A stretch of DNA of 64,000 bases from Heteronotia binoei (GCF_032191835.1 NC_083228.1:91574001-91638000), one strand, 5' to 3'. Shown: positions 1 to 13,029, counted from the stretch's first letter. Notes: generated by a model not told the origin, from the letters alone. Numbers and translations are program-made.

Positions 1-2019
1 GAGCCTTGGTTTAGGTTTGCTCTCTTACTGTAGGAGTAACAGCTTTTCTCATCTCAAGTGCTTCTTACTAACATCATTTGGGTTGCACAGGTAGCTTGCT
101 TCAAGCCTCTTAAACTCAAGGGATTTAATGACAGCTTTTATGCAGAGCTGTATTTTACATTCAGCTCACAATACACAATAACCTTATGCACATTATCCTC
201 TGTCATGATGAAAAATTAGAGTGAATAGGCTGGAAAGGTTCACTGATAGTGCTATGTCAGATCTTCACTCCACAGACTCAAGCTAACAGGCCACATAAGC
301 AACCACCAGCTCTGCCACATGGTCACTTGATTACTAGACATTCTCCTCCCTCTCCCTGTACCAACTTGACCTATCTAATGAAGGCCATAAGCAGCAAGAT
401 CCAACTGGGATCCCAGCAGAACAATACAAACTGAACACATCCTCCTCACCTGGCTCAACAGTTACCTTCTGAGATATTAGAAAACTCAAAGGGAACAAGG
501 TATTAACACATTTGCTATGCTGTTGGGTCAGCAAGGCAGGCTGAATCAATATACTCTTGCAGAATATTGCTGTCTCAGTCTATTAGCTGGCTTTGCATAT
601 ATTAACACGGCAGTTCTATAAAAGTTAAGCTATTGATCCATTTGTGCTGAAGAAGCAGAGAAAGAGAATGACTGTACAATCACAAGCAACATGCATTATG
701 TTAACAGACAGTGGCTGAGGATCTGCATGTATTTTGTCTCTGGTGTACAGGAAAGAGACCAGCACCTTCTTGTTTATTAGTAATTTAAGTACAATTATCT
801 ACAGAAGCAACAGAGATTAAAAATCCTTGACTCAGGAGTTTTCGGGAAGGCAGGAATGCTGTATCAGAAGGGAAGGGTATAAATGGTGCCCCCTCCATCC
901 CCTCCCCTGCATTTTAGATCATACATGATTATTCTTCAGGAGCATCTACATTAAAAAATATAAGCGGAAATAAGCACACCAAAAGTTTTTAAAATGCGAG
1001 GCTTTTTTTTTGGCAACAAGCACAGATCTCATTCAAGATTTAACTGTAATCACATTTTTGAGCCTTGATGGGAACTTTGCCCCATGCTGTGCTGAAATAT
1101 CCTCTCCACTCCAAGTAAGACTTAATATGACATCCCCAGAAGGCAAATTACCACTGTTCTCCAGAAAGGTTATTTGTAAGAAATCAAACACTACAGCATT
1201 AAAGGCTCTGCAACAAGAAAGGGCAAACATCTCAAGATAGTTAGCATTGAATGATATTCACTGAAAAGCCTTAACAACTAACTGGACACATCCATTACCA
1301 GCAACTGAATACTTCAAGAAGGAATTTGCCAGTGGAATGTAACTGATAAGGTTTGTCATGTTAGGGCAACATACAGCTGAGAGTCAGAATACCAGCATAA
1401 ATATTATCAGTACATGGGATCCTTTTATGCATCAAGGTTGTTTTGTAGCACATAAATACATTAATGGGAAGGAAGAGGAGCAAAATTGGGCACAATTATC
1501 AACTAAAAATAGTTTAGTTATTACAGAGACATTTATTCTGTTGCGCATCAATTCACTCAACATGTGATAGCCCGTGTTGCATCAAGTTCAGGCACTATTA
1601 TAAAAAGACTTGTGACTAGGACTAATCCTAAAGGGTGACAGGCTGGATCAATTCACAAAATGGTGATTCAGCAGAGATGAACCCTGTTGAGGGAGGCGGA
1701 GCCAGTTGCAATTATCTGCAGCACATGAGGATACTGGATATATCTGTCTATATAAATCCCTATCTAAATTTCTACAGATCAGGAATGCCAGGATCAAAAA
1801 CTACAGAAAGAATTGGTTACAATAATTTTTACCAGTGTTGTCCCATTCATCCCACCTTCCGCAGTACCACAACAAGCTAAATCAGTGTGATGAGCTTAGG
1901 TCAGAGTGACCCAACTTCAAATCCTCAGTCAGACATTAAATTCACTGCATGGCCTTGAGCAGATCACCGTCCCCCTCAATATAACCTACCCCTGCTATGT
2001 GGGTTATTACAAAAATGAA

Positions 2020-3130
2020 ACAGGGAACACAAGAATAACCTCACTAGATCATACCAGTGGTCCATGTAGTCCAGCATACTGTTTCACACAGTGGCCAATC
2101 AGTTGCCCTGCAGGGCCACCAAGCAGGGTACAGAGGATAAAACCTTCTCCTCAGGCTTCCTCCTAGTTTATTGCCTTTGAATGCAGAGGTTTTCTTTAGC
2201 CACTATGGCTAGTAGCTGCTGACAGACGTATCCTCCATGAATATGTATAACCCCCCTTTAAAGCCTTCTATGTCTGTGGTCCTCATGATATCCACTAGCA
2301 GCCAATTCAACAATTTAATTAATCACTGAGTAAAGAAATATTTCCTTTTGTCTGTCATGTCCCAAATCCTGGGGTCTTTCTCCACAGGAAAGGTAATCCA
2401 GCCCCTTGATCAGCTTGCTTGCTGCCTTTTTCTGCACTTTTTCCAATTCTGCAATATGAAATATGGCAACCACAACTGCACACAGTATTCCAAATGAAGC
2501 TGCACCATACAGGAGTATTATAATATTGGCAGTTTTATTTTCAGTTCCTTTTCTACTTCCCTTTTTTATGGTTGATTCAAAGTCAACATTTTCATCAAGT
2601 TTCCGCTGTGATGATAAGTTTTGGTCTCACCCACTTTAGCCCCTATTAGCATTTATTTACAGGGTTTTCCTTTTGTTCCAATGTGTATCCACATACCTAA
2701 CAGACTGAACTTCATTTGCCACATCGTTGCCCATCCGGTTCAGAGGGATCCTCCTGCAGCTCTTTACAATCTGCCTTCATTTTCACCATCCTGAATAATT
2801 TGGTACTGTCTGCAAATTTGGCCACCACACTGCTCACTCCCAGTTCCGGACCATTTATGAATAAATTAAATAGCACTGCCCCCAATATCAATCCTTATGG
2901 GACCCTTTCATTTAGCCAACTTTCAACTCTTAAAAGAACCCATCCTCTTACTTCATGACAGCTAAGCTAACTCAGGAGTCTTCAGTGAGGTACCTTGCCA
3001 AAAGCCTTTTGGAAGTCCAAGTATATGTCTACCAGATTACCCGCATCCACGTATAAGACACCAACTTCAAAATTTTGGTAAGGCAGGACTTCTCTTGGCA
3101 GGAACTATGCTGATTTTTCCTCAGCAGGCC
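2020..3130 (-). mobile_element. Decayed CR1 LINE 3' fragment (RT region plus 3'UTR)
   Basis: The minus strand near 2810 reads FADSTKLFRMV, resembling the CR1 FADDTKL motif. The left end resembles the CR1 3'UTR copies at 35951 and 58086 (gtccagcatactgtttcacacagtggccaa). Many stops and indels. Ends are approximate. Confidence 0.75.
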
Positions 3131-4618
3131 AGGCAGGGAAAGGGGCAAAGTCGTGTTTGCTTTTTCTGGGCTCCATGGATGAAAGTAGAACAAATATGTA
3201 ACATATCCATAACATTTTTTTTTTAAAAAAAACCCTTAATGAAGGAAAAGAAAAACGGCTGGAAAGACAAAAAAGGATTTTCTACAAAAAGCGTTAAGCA
3301 GAAAAAGATGTAAACAAACAGGGAGGCGGAATAAAGAAAAAAAACCCTCTATGAAACAGAAATAAAAGCAGTAAGTAAAACAATAAAGACCTCTTCACAT
3401 CTACAGTATGTTGTGGTTTTTTGGCCTCTAAGGTAGAGGGTTAAAAAAAATCCCAGAAGGACAATGTCCTTAGAAAATTGGAAACTAGCTTATTCACACA
3501 GCAGAATTTCACAGTGATTAAAACATCACTGTGATAAAATTAACTACAACAGTAGCATGGCGCAGCAATCAATAACTTTCTATCAAAACTGAAAGAGATG
3601 TTGTATTAACAGGAATCACAGTAATGGCATAGGGCAAACACAGTGTTAGTTTGATAAAAGATTACACAGGAATTAAAAATGACCCCAGTGCTCAGCTTCA
3701 ATACTGGCACATCTTTATGGAATTGAGGCCAATTATCTTCTGCAAAACATTCCACCAGCATTCAACACCAACAGCTTCGAATTGTGTTAATCATCAGCAC
3801 TGTCTGTTTCACAGAGCAAATAGCATGTTTCACTTTATCTGCACTTCTGGTTCACTTATTTAGACAAAAGAAATCAACATGAAATCAGATGAAAACACAA
3901 TCAAAGAATGAAATGTAATGTGCAGCATATCGAAATAGCTTGGTATTGCTGGATTCCAGCTAGAAGAGAGTGGCTAGCATCAAACAAAAAGCAGCAAAAG
4001 AAATTAATGAACTTTACCATAATGGGATATTGCAATGTCTAAGGGTTGTCAGAAAGATGGGGCAGTTTTAGGGTGGTTAGGAAATAAGCAGTGGGCACCT
4101 GTACAAAGCTGATGAAGAGAGACAGCCATGTACTTGCTACATAACTCCAGAAGCACAGAATAAACTAAACAGGAACTGGGCAACAGATCTGCAGCAGATT
4201 CCCACTCCCCATCTTTCTTTGCCATGCATGTACATTTGCGCCCCTCACCCTTTGGGGAAAGGGATCCTTCCTCTGATGGTTAGTCCATACAGAGCCAGTA
4301 TGACTATTGTACACTGGTTTTTGCCTGATGCATTTTGAAAGCAGAATTTGGGTTCCAAAGCTGGGATCTTAGGTACAAAACTGACAGGCTCCTAGTCTAT
4401 TGGATGATGTCAAAAGAAGCCTGGTGTATTCCACATTCAGGCCTGCATAGTTTCAGTAAGGTTTCTACATTGTGCACCTTTCAACCATTGGGTTGGACCC
4501 AACTATCTTTTCTACAGGTGAAAAGGGAAGGAGTCCTCCTCTTTGGTCAACAAAAAGGGCTAAGCTAAGAATTTGGGGAATGCATGCAAATAAGCTATGT
4601 GAGACAAAGGCTATATAG

Positions 4619-4909
4619 CAGGGGTGGCCAAGCTGTGGCTTGGAAGCCACATGTGGCTCTTCCACACATTTTGTGTGGTTCTCGAAGTCCCCACCACTCT
4701 GTCAGCTGGCTTGAAGAAGGCATTTCTCTCTTTAAATCACTTCTCCAAGCCAAGCTAGTTGGTGGTTTGGAAATGCATTTAAAGTTGCTTTCTTTCCACT
4801 TCCCTCCCCCATCTATTTGCCTTCCTTCCTTCCATCCATCCCAAGGCTCTCAAACATCTCATGTTTATTCTATGTGGCTCTTACATTAAGCAGGTTTGGC
4901 CATCCAGAG
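4619..4909. mobile_element. Non-autonomous hAT (Charlie-like) element
   Basis: Left end CAGGGGTGGCCAAG and degenerate right end GTTTGGCCATCCAGAG. The 8-bp flanks are ctatatag (4611-4618) and ctatattg (4910-4917). Confidence 0.7.
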
Positions 4910-5311
4910 CTATATTGTGGAGGGAAACTGGCTGTGACTGAGTAAAAAGGCTGGCTAGATCTAACCCATATATTGGGACCCATGACTTTTTGTTAAGAGA
5001 ATGAGCCAGGGAAGTCTTTGGACTTGCACTTCCCAACCTTTGTGCATGGCTTGGATGTTACTAAGGACAACTAACCACAATTTAAATGATGCGCAGTTTG
5101 GCCACTATAACCATCTATTGTTTGCTACCTTGACTATGAAACAGGATTCCAAAGTTTGTGAGTAATAAAACAAGACCACAGTTTGTCCATCGGGATGTCA
5201 ACGCAAACTGTGGGTTGTTAGGAATGCCATTTCTGCTCCAGGAAAGGGCACAAGAGCTGACATGCTGTTTAAAAATATTTGAACAGATATAAGAAGCATT
5301 TGACCATCTAC

Positions 5312-5422
5312 CTTCACATTAATGAGAAGCTCCCAGAAGCTCTGTGGTGGCATGACGATAGTGGTGTTCAACTCAATGACATAGCATTTATCAAGGGCTA
5401 TGTCATGATACGCTGTCAGCCC
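5312..5422 (-). CDS. ITM2C: ITM2C coding exon 4 (BRICHOS domain)
   Basis: GLTAYHDIALDKCYVIELNTTIVMPPQSFWELLINVK. cag acceptor at 5425-5423, gt donor at 5311-5310. 111 nt, phase 0. Confidence 0.97.
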
Positions 5423-6017
5423 CTGAAACCAAAGCACATAGATTGGACTCAAAACAGACTCATGGACTCAAAGCAGAAAAATGCAGCAAGGGTATATTCA
5501 ATTTTAGAAAGAAAAAAAAAGGAGAATTTGATTTTGTCATGCCTGGACACTTCAGACATATATTGAGGAGTTACCACTAAGTTACACATTACATTTAAAA
5601 AAACATTTTATCTAAAACTGGGTATTAGCGTTTGATTTGTCTGGAAGGCATCTTTCCACTACAATCATCCATGGCACAGAACCAGGAATAGACTGCATGG
5701 GAGATTCATTCTCCTGAATCTCTAATACAGGGGTGTCAAACATGTGGTCCGAGGGCTGGATCAGGCCCCCGGAGGGCTCCTATCAGGCCCACAAGGAACT
5801 CATTGTTTGCTTCCTTCTCTCTGTCTTGCTTCCTTCTGCATCACAGTTTGCTTTGCCAAGCTTACTCAGTCACACAGGAGCTACAGACCAAAGCCTCTAT
5901 TTTCTCCATGGCTGACTAGCACATGAAGCAGCTTATGTACAAAAGTTCACAATGTCCAGCCATTTCATGTTTTCTCCTGGGTCTTAGGCTCAAAGCATTG
6001 TCCATGAGAGTTCCGCA

Positions 6018-7619
6018 ATGAATGTCAATAAATCAAAAGTAGGTTGGCAACTTACAGGCACACACCTGAACAGCATACTCAAGATTGCTACAGCACAGAT
6101 ATTGTCTCCATATTTTGATGCAATAATTCAAAGCAAGAGGTGTCAGGTATCAGAAACTGTTAAACAAACAAAATATTGCAAGAGCACTAATGTTTTAAGC
6201 ATATCTAAGCAATGCCTGAAAGAGGCATTGGTCCGCCCTCTCTTGAAAAAACCGTCATCAGACCCGGCCGAATTGGCACACTACCAGCCGGTCTCAAATT
6301 TGCCCTTTTTGGGCAAAATTATCGAGAGGGCTGTGGCGGTGCAGTTACAGGAATTTCTGGAGGACGCTTCCATCTTAGACCCATGCCAGTCCGGCTTCCG
6401 CCCGGGCCATGGGACGGAAACAGTCCTGGTCGCCCTCATGGATGACCTCCGACGACAACTGGATCGAGGCGGCTCGGCGGTACTGCTGTTGCTAGACCTA
6501 TCGGCTGCGTTCGATATGGTCGACCATCGGCTGCTGACCCGCCGCCTCACCGACGCAGGAATTTGGGGGCTAGCCTTACAGTGGCTCTCCTCCTTTCTTG
6601 ACGGTCGGGGACAAAGGGTGGCAATTGGGGGGGAGCTGTCTAAGAGGCACCCACTTCATTGTGGTGTGCCCCAGGGAGCAGTTCTCTCCCCGATGTTGTT
6701 TAACATCTTTATGCGCCCCCTTGCCCAGATTGCACGGAGGTATGGGCTGGGTTGTCATCAATACGCAGATGACACCCAGCTCTATCTATTGATGGACGGC
6801 CGGGCTGGTGATGTCCCTATAAATTTGGACCGGGCATTACAAGCCGTGGCTGACTGGCTCAGGCTGAGCGGGCTGAAGTTGAATCCGGCGAAGACTGAGG
6901 TCCTTTGCGTGGGCCGCGGCGGACCGGGAGGGGAGATTACCCTACCGGCTTTTGACGGTGCGCCACTGGTACCAGTGCACAAAGTCAAGAGCCTGAGAGT
7001 GCTACTGGAATCCTCTCTATCAATGGAGGCCCAGATAGCCGCCACTGCTAGATCCGCCTTCTTCCATCTTAAGAGGGCGAGACAGCTGGCTCCCTTCTTG
7101 GAGCGCAGCGACCTAGCAACTGTGATCCACGCAACGGTCACTTCGAGACTAGACTACTGCAATGCCCTCTACATGGGGCTGCCCTTATACCGAACACGGA
7201 GACTTCAGGTAGTCCAGAACGCGGCGGCCAGGCTGCTGGAGGGACTACCACGGTGGGAACCTGCGCGGCCTGGGCTGCGGGATCTGCATTGGCTGCCGGT
7301 TGTGTACCGTGTTCGCTATAAAGTGCTGGTTATTACCTTTAAAGCCCTATATGGCCGAGGACCTGCCTACCTAAGGGACCGCCTCTCCCCATATGTGCCC
7401 CAGAGAGCACTGAGATCTAGCTCTCAGAACTTACTAACAATCCCTGGGCCAAGAGATGCTAGGTTGAAGGCTACTAGGGAGCAGGCCTTCTCAGTGATGG
7501 CCCCTCGTTGGTGGAACCACCTTCCAGAGATGGTGCGAGCCCTGCGGGACCTGAACCAATTCCGCAGGGCTTGCAAAACATTTCTTTTCCAGCTTGCTTT
7601 CGAGATAGAACCCGATTAA
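6018..7619 (+). CDS. 533-aa ORF: ~65 aa from hAT internal sequence fused in frame to L2 reverse transcriptase
   Basis: Uninterrupted ORF with an ATG at 6018. RT homology begins at LKEALVRPLLKK (~6217). No endonuclease domain. Expression unknown. Confidence 0.55.
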   Translation: MNVNKSKVGWQLTGTHLNSILKIATAQILSPYFDAIIQSKRCQVSETVKQTKYCKSTNVLSISKQCLKEALVRPLLKKPSSDPAELAHYQPVSNLPFLGKIIERAVAVQLQEFLEDASILDPCQSGFRPGHGTETVLVALMDDLRRQLDRGGSAVLLLLDLSAAFDMVDHRLLTRRLTDAGIWGLALQWLSSFLDGRGQRVAIGGELSKRHPLHCGVPQGAVLSPMLFNIFMRPLAQIARRYGLGCHQYADDTQLYLLMDGRAGDVPINLDRALQAVADWLRLSGLKLNPAKTEVLCVGRGGPGGEITLPAFDGAPLVPVHKVKSLRVLLESSLSMEAQIAATARSAFFHLKRARQLAPFLERSDLATVIHATVTSRLDYCNALYMGLPLYRTRRLQVVQNAAARLLEGLPRWEPARPGLRDLHWLPVVYRVRYKVLVITFKALYGRGPAYLRDRLSPYVPQRALRSSSQNLLTIPGPRDARLKATREQAFSVMAPRWWNHLPEMVRALRDLNQFRRACKTFLFQLAFEIEPD

Positions 7620-7860
7620 TCTGACGTGTGGACATCTAGCCATCTTGTGGATATTATGATTACAGTTTTTAGCACCCATTTTATACATTTTATCTATTCT
7701 AAATAATTTATTATGCAATTTATATATTTAAAATTGTTTACATTGTTTTACATGAATCATGGGATCTCCATGTCTGTTAGCCGCCCTGAGCCCGCCTCGG
7801 CGGGGGAGGGCGGGATATAAAAATAAAGTTATTATTATTATTACTATTATTATTATTATT
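6215..7860 (+). mobile_element. 5'-truncated L2-clade LINE (RT domain, C-terminus, 3'UTR, (TTA)n tail)
   Basis: Encodes QSGFRPGHGTET, LLDLSAAFD, GVPQGAVLSP and YADD. Collinear with the copy at 54740-57456. Tail at 7829-7860. Confidence 0.95.
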
Positions 7861-8559
7861 TCAAGTTTTAAAACAGTCTTTAATTGTGTTTGCCTGTGTC
7901 CTTTATAAAGTTTATATTTTTGCTACCTGGCATTACATTTTATGACACACCTGGCCTGGCTCAACAAGGTCTAATTTATGTCAGATCCGACTCTCATAAC
8001 AAATGAGTTTGACACCCCTGCTCTAACAGAATCCTCAGGAGGGGCACAGCTGCTGGAGAAGCAAGTTAGTCCTGCTGCAAAAATGCTTTCTTCCATCTTC
8101 ACTTAGGCTGGAGGATATCTTTTAACTTTGACCTGTATATAGTTGGCCCTCAGAAATTGTAAAACCCAATGTATTTGATCTTGGTTCTCTAATTCTGAAA
8201 TCCAATTTATGCATGCAAACACGTCAACAACTGGAGTTTAACTGCTGCTCACGAGGACACCTGAACCAAGATTCCAAAGATGGCTTTGGATGTTTTTAGG
8301 AAGGAGACAAAGCACTATAAACTATCCCACTCCACCCCTATCTTGAGTGTAACATTAAAAAAGAAACTTCCACAAGCCCAGCATGCATGTTTTTTTTAGA
8401 ACACTGCTTGGCAGCAGGGAAAGAGGAAGTACATTTGTGGCCCCCACCACCACCACCCCAGTCCCTTCTCCAAGCCTGTCTGCTTCTGTTACCCTCTTCA
8501 CATTCCAACCCTTCGCCTGCAGCAACCACAAAATCTGTGCCCCATTTCTAATTTCTTAC

Positions 8560-8748
8560 CCGCTGGAAATCATGAATAATATCTGCAGGATTGCTTTCAC
8601 CAAAGTGGGGCATTGGAATGTTGATCTGTTCATAGTCCTCTTCCAGGTAAATCCTCACATCCTCATGCAGTTCCAGCTGTTCCCTTAGTTCCGAGTAGTA
8701 AGAGTCTTGATAGATAACTCCACAGTGGAAGAGGTTTTCTGAATTGGT
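8560..8748 (-). CDS. ITM2C: ITM2C coding exon 3
   Basis: TNSENLFHCGVIYQDSYYSELREQLELHEDVRIYLEEDYEQINIPMPHFGESNPADIIHDFQR. cag acceptor and gtaaga donor. 189 nt. Confidence 0.97.
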
Positions 8749-9944
8749 CTGCAAAAAATAATACGTCATCCAAAACGTGCATCACTTCAGCCTTTCTTTT
8801 AAGGGTTTGAGAAAAAGCTCTCTAGCAGCCTAAGAGCACATCAAGATGGCAGCAATTGCAGCCTACTAAAATGCAGGAGATGGAATCTACAAGGAACACT
8901 TCTTGGGAGAAGTTTCTTTCTCCTGCTCTCTGTACTGAAAAGTCACCCTCATTACCAGCTATGGCACTGACTGGTGGAACCAGCACAAGGTGATGTTGCA
9001 AGAGCACTACAGGCCCATTCTCTTCTTAACTGCAGTGCATTCATGCAGGTGGACAATGAAGGCTGCTCAAAACATTGCAAACAATGCTATAGTTTGTCCT
9101 ATTGAGAACCACTATCTACTGGCCTTCTAGACTTGCTCTTGACTCAGATGCAGGCAGTCAGTGGTGGGCAGTTCCCATTGGAGCTGGTGGGACAAAGGAA
9201 AGGGGGGGCAATTCAGTCTTGTTTTGTCCCCATTGTCCTCTCTTGCAGCACTGCAGGAGACGGCAACTGCATTTAAAAGTCATTCCCAATGCAGGTGCTC
9301 CAGCCTCTTCCCTTATTCTGATCAGCGATGGATTATCACCCTCCTTCTACTATTTCTCAAGAGAAAGGGAAAAGGGTGAACAACAATTTCCCCCTTCACT
9401 CTATGAGAGAAAAACTTCTCTACATTTTGCAGCAGTGAGATTACTGTGAAATACATGTCTGTGAGAATTGTCTTCACCTGCCTTGCCCTTCTGCTTCCTT
9501 CTGGTTCAAAGGGACATGGTTAAATGTCATCAGTGAAATGGGCATGCACCCACCCCACCCCCAATAGTCTGGACTTATTTTAAATGGGTGGAAATGGAGG
9601 CTTGAATTATAGTAGTTTATGTGGACTTTGATAACTATTAGTAGGGATGGGCATGAATCACATTTTTGCACTTTGGTTAATGGCTGAACTATGAACTGAA
9701 CCATGAACCCATATGAATTGGAAGATTGGTTCATGAACCAAACCAGTTCAGGATCCCTGTTTTCTGCAGCTTTACATGGGGAGCAGAAAGCAGTGGTTTC
9801 AATGGCTCCCAGCTCTACCGTTCAGCTGTTTGGTTTAAAGGACTCAGAGTCATTTAATGTAGTTGATGGGCAGTGGCTGAAATTGCAAGGTGATATGTGA
9901 AGCTAGATAATACAAGAAAAATGTTTGTGCTGTTCTATACATAC

Positions 9945-10091
9945 CGGAGATGAGCCAGCAATGGAGAAATATCTGTAAACATACATGGACGTCAAAATCA
10001 AGCCAAGGAGCAACAGCATCATGCTCATTGTCAAGTAGCACATGCGGCTGAGAGAAGACCTTCTGCTTTGCACTGGCAAAGGCTGTTCCTC
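9945..10091 (-). CDS. ITM2C: ITM2C coding exon 2 (type II transmembrane segment)
   Basis: EEQPLPVQSRRSSLSRMCYLTMSMMLLLLGLILTSMYVYRYFSIAGSSP. cag acceptor at 10094-10092 and gtatgt donor. 147 nt. Confidence 0.95.
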
Positions 10092-12489
10092 CTGTTTACA
10101 GTAGACAAGATGAGCAGTCAAAACTGTTTAATGACCAATACAAATGATGAATTGTGAAACCTTTTCAAAACATTGCCTGCCATGAGGAACAGGCCACAGT
10201 TTCAGGGTTGGTTTTTGTGCTAAGCAAACATTGGAAAGCTTGCAAACGCGATCATCTGAACCAACCACAGACCAAGCCACACCACTGGTCTAATTAGCTC
10301 AGTATTGTGTACTCCAATTGGCAGTAGCTCTAGAAACTCTGGTCTTTCCCATGCCTTCTACGGGAGATCCTTTAACACAAGGTGTAAACCTGGGACATGC
10401 AAACCAAACTGTCTACCACTGAACCATGGCATCTTCAGAAGCCATGCTGAAAGCAAATATCACCTCGCAGGCATAAGGAGTATGCAACTTTTTGAACCCA
10501 GCAAATTAAGCTGTGTCTCATAAAATTCGACAACAGTGGCACTGTCCTCTGCACTACTCACTCTAAGGAAGATCTGTTATTTTCCATCTTTTTATATGTT
10601 TTATATGTTTACTGATTATGTCTCGTCATAAATGTACTTGACAGAAAAATACATAAGGAAACACAAACATACAGACATGCTCCATGGAACTTACGATATA
10701 GATTTTTTAAAAACTGTAAAACCAAAAGCAGTGACACATATCACACTATAACAAAGAGAATGAAAGGTTTGTTCATATCAACACTTAGTGTGGTTAATAA
10801 ATAATTGCAAGTCTTTCCAAAGGCTTCTATACGGATCATTTTGTCTTTAAGATATTATTAACACTTAGCATATGGGTAATGATTTCAAGCATTCAACTTA
10901 CTTCATATGCACTATCTTTCTGTAAAAGTTACATCAATAATAAATCGGATTTATAATCCTCATTTTGCAGATGAAAGATTGTGGCTGTGAAAGATTGCCC
11001 AGGGACACCTAAGGAATTTATGGCAGAGGTGAAATTTAAAGGAAGGAGTTGCTGAGTGGAAGCTCAGTCTCTTAGCTACTATACACTGCATGCACACAGG
11101 CAATCAAATCAGGCTGCTTTGAAAATCTTGCAGCTTTACATTCTTAATTTCACCTTAGTCTGTCAATGTTGCAAGATTAGGGTAATGCAACCTATTATAG
11201 CTGTCAAGATTTCATAAAGAATTACAAGATTTCAAACACTGACAAAATGGATTTTGTCAGGGAGGAAACTCATCAACAACTGTTCCTGACCCATGGCTGA
11301 TCCAAACATTATTGATATCCCAGTTTTATTTTATTTTTATTTTTTTTAAAAAACTTCCTTGTAGAAGATAGCAAGAACACTATGAGAAGTAAAGACCCAA
11401 GTGGACTTCTCAGCACACATACATCACATATCATGCTTTATTCTACTCTGAAGAATGTTTGGAAATTCCATAATGTTGAAAACACCCAACACATTAAAAA
11501 GCTGCATTATGCATCCTTTAGAGAAGTATCTTGAGTTCTTTTTCTTGAATTCTGCACTTTCTTAGAATGTAGACCATGAAAACTGGCCATTAAGTTCTCT
11601 AAATACATCACAGTTGATTCATGGTAACAATGGTTCCCAGGCTTTGGCAACATGCAAAATGTTTTATCAGCAACATAGAAACAGCTTTCTACTTAATTAC
11701 TTTTGCAAAATGACCACAACAATAGTTAAAATCATTTTCAGTTTGAAAATAACATAAAGAGAACGTTAGTCAAAGCTATGGCAGCAATTTTTTCATTACA
11801 TAATGAATATAAAAATTTATGCAATTTAAATGAAGATGTTAAAAAATACACAAAAATGTTTTGATTAAACATAAAGAGTATAAGCCAGGAGTCTCAAGGA
11901 CTTGTTGGGGGCATCTCATTTCCCCCCACCCACTATTTCTTCTTTTGTATTCTCTGAAAGTCCCAATAGCTTCTCCCCGTTTCCTGCATCCTTCTTTCAT
12001 TCCCACCGTCCACCGGTCTCCTGCTTTCAGCTTTCCCTCCTCCCTCACCCCTAGCAGCAGCTATTCTGGAAACTATAACCCCTGACAGCCTGGATTCAGT
12101 TGTATGGCAAGGGATCCTCAGGGACTTGCAGGAGGCACCGCATTCCCCACACTACTGCCTATTTTGCTTCCACAGGGCCTGCTTCAACTATTTTGGAATG
12201 TTTTCCCTCCCTATGTTTGTTTGTTTTCTAGATTTACAATTTTCCGTGCACCTGGGGCTTTTCTCAGGTTTGTAGAACAATCTATTTGGTCTGTTTGTGG
12301 CTCCAGTGTATGGATATAGATATCCATAGATTTGTCTCTGTTGAGAATTAGATATATTGATTTGCTACTTGTAATTCACACAACCACAATTTATTTACAC
12401 TGCAGCATAAATGCAAGAATTGCATAACTATTCATTAATTTTAGTACCTTACTTTGTTTCCAGTATTTAGCATATACTATTTAATATGC

Positions 12490-12930
12490 TACGAGGGGTG
12501 TGTATTCGGGTCTACTTGAACTGAAAATATATCCTAAAACTATTGGTATTTTGGGGGGTATATTATGGCATCCCAAACATATCCAAGATTTTTGGGAGAC
12601 CAAAAATATATCTGGGGGAAAAAACCAAACCCAGAAATATTCAGAAACTGCCAACAAACCTAGAACACCTGAGGGGCTCAAGCAGCTTGATCCTGCCACT
12701 CAGCTGTTTTTGGGCTTTCTTCTGCAGTCCCTTTAAACAGGGGGTATTTAAAGGGACTGTAGAAGACAGCCCACAAAACAGCTAGGGGACACACTCCCCT
12801 CAGGCTCAGCTGGGGCTCTTTTGAGCTATTCAACTGAACTGCTGAAGAGAGCCCTCCCCACAGGATCCACAGTTTTGCAGGCTCTATTGGGCAGTCTGGT
12901 TTAAATCAGCCAGCCCAGAAAATAATAATT
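12490..12930. repeat. Probable decayed DNA transposon with internal palindrome
   Basis: Begins AGGGGTGTGTATTCGG (hAT-like end) and contains a 36-bp inverted repeat at 12702-12783. Right end and TSD not resolved. Confidence 0.45.
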
Positions 12931-13029
12931 ATCATACGGCATTATGTGTAGTACAACCTGGAGATCCCAAGACTGTCCGGCAGCCTGAAGTTATAGCTCT
13001 TTAGGTGGAAAGCTAGAATTATTAAGTGG

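Larger units (their letters stand above)
5728..8020. mobile_element. Non-autonomous hAT element interrupted by an L2 insertion
   Basis: Perfect 14-bp TIRs: CAGGGGTGTCAAAC (5728) and GTTTGACACCCCTG (8007-8020). 8-bp TSD ctctaata / ctctaaca (7 of 8 match). Confidence 0.9.

Noticed and set aside
1-5311. Remaining ITM2C exons (expected GTYLPQTY... and the C-terminal furin-site exon)
   Set aside because: No matching minus-strand sequence found by eye. They probably lie left of the window, so they are not annotated.
6212-7141. Alternative-frame and antisense ORFs over the L2 copies (also 55493-57559)
   Set aside because: Shadows of GC-rich RT coding sequence.
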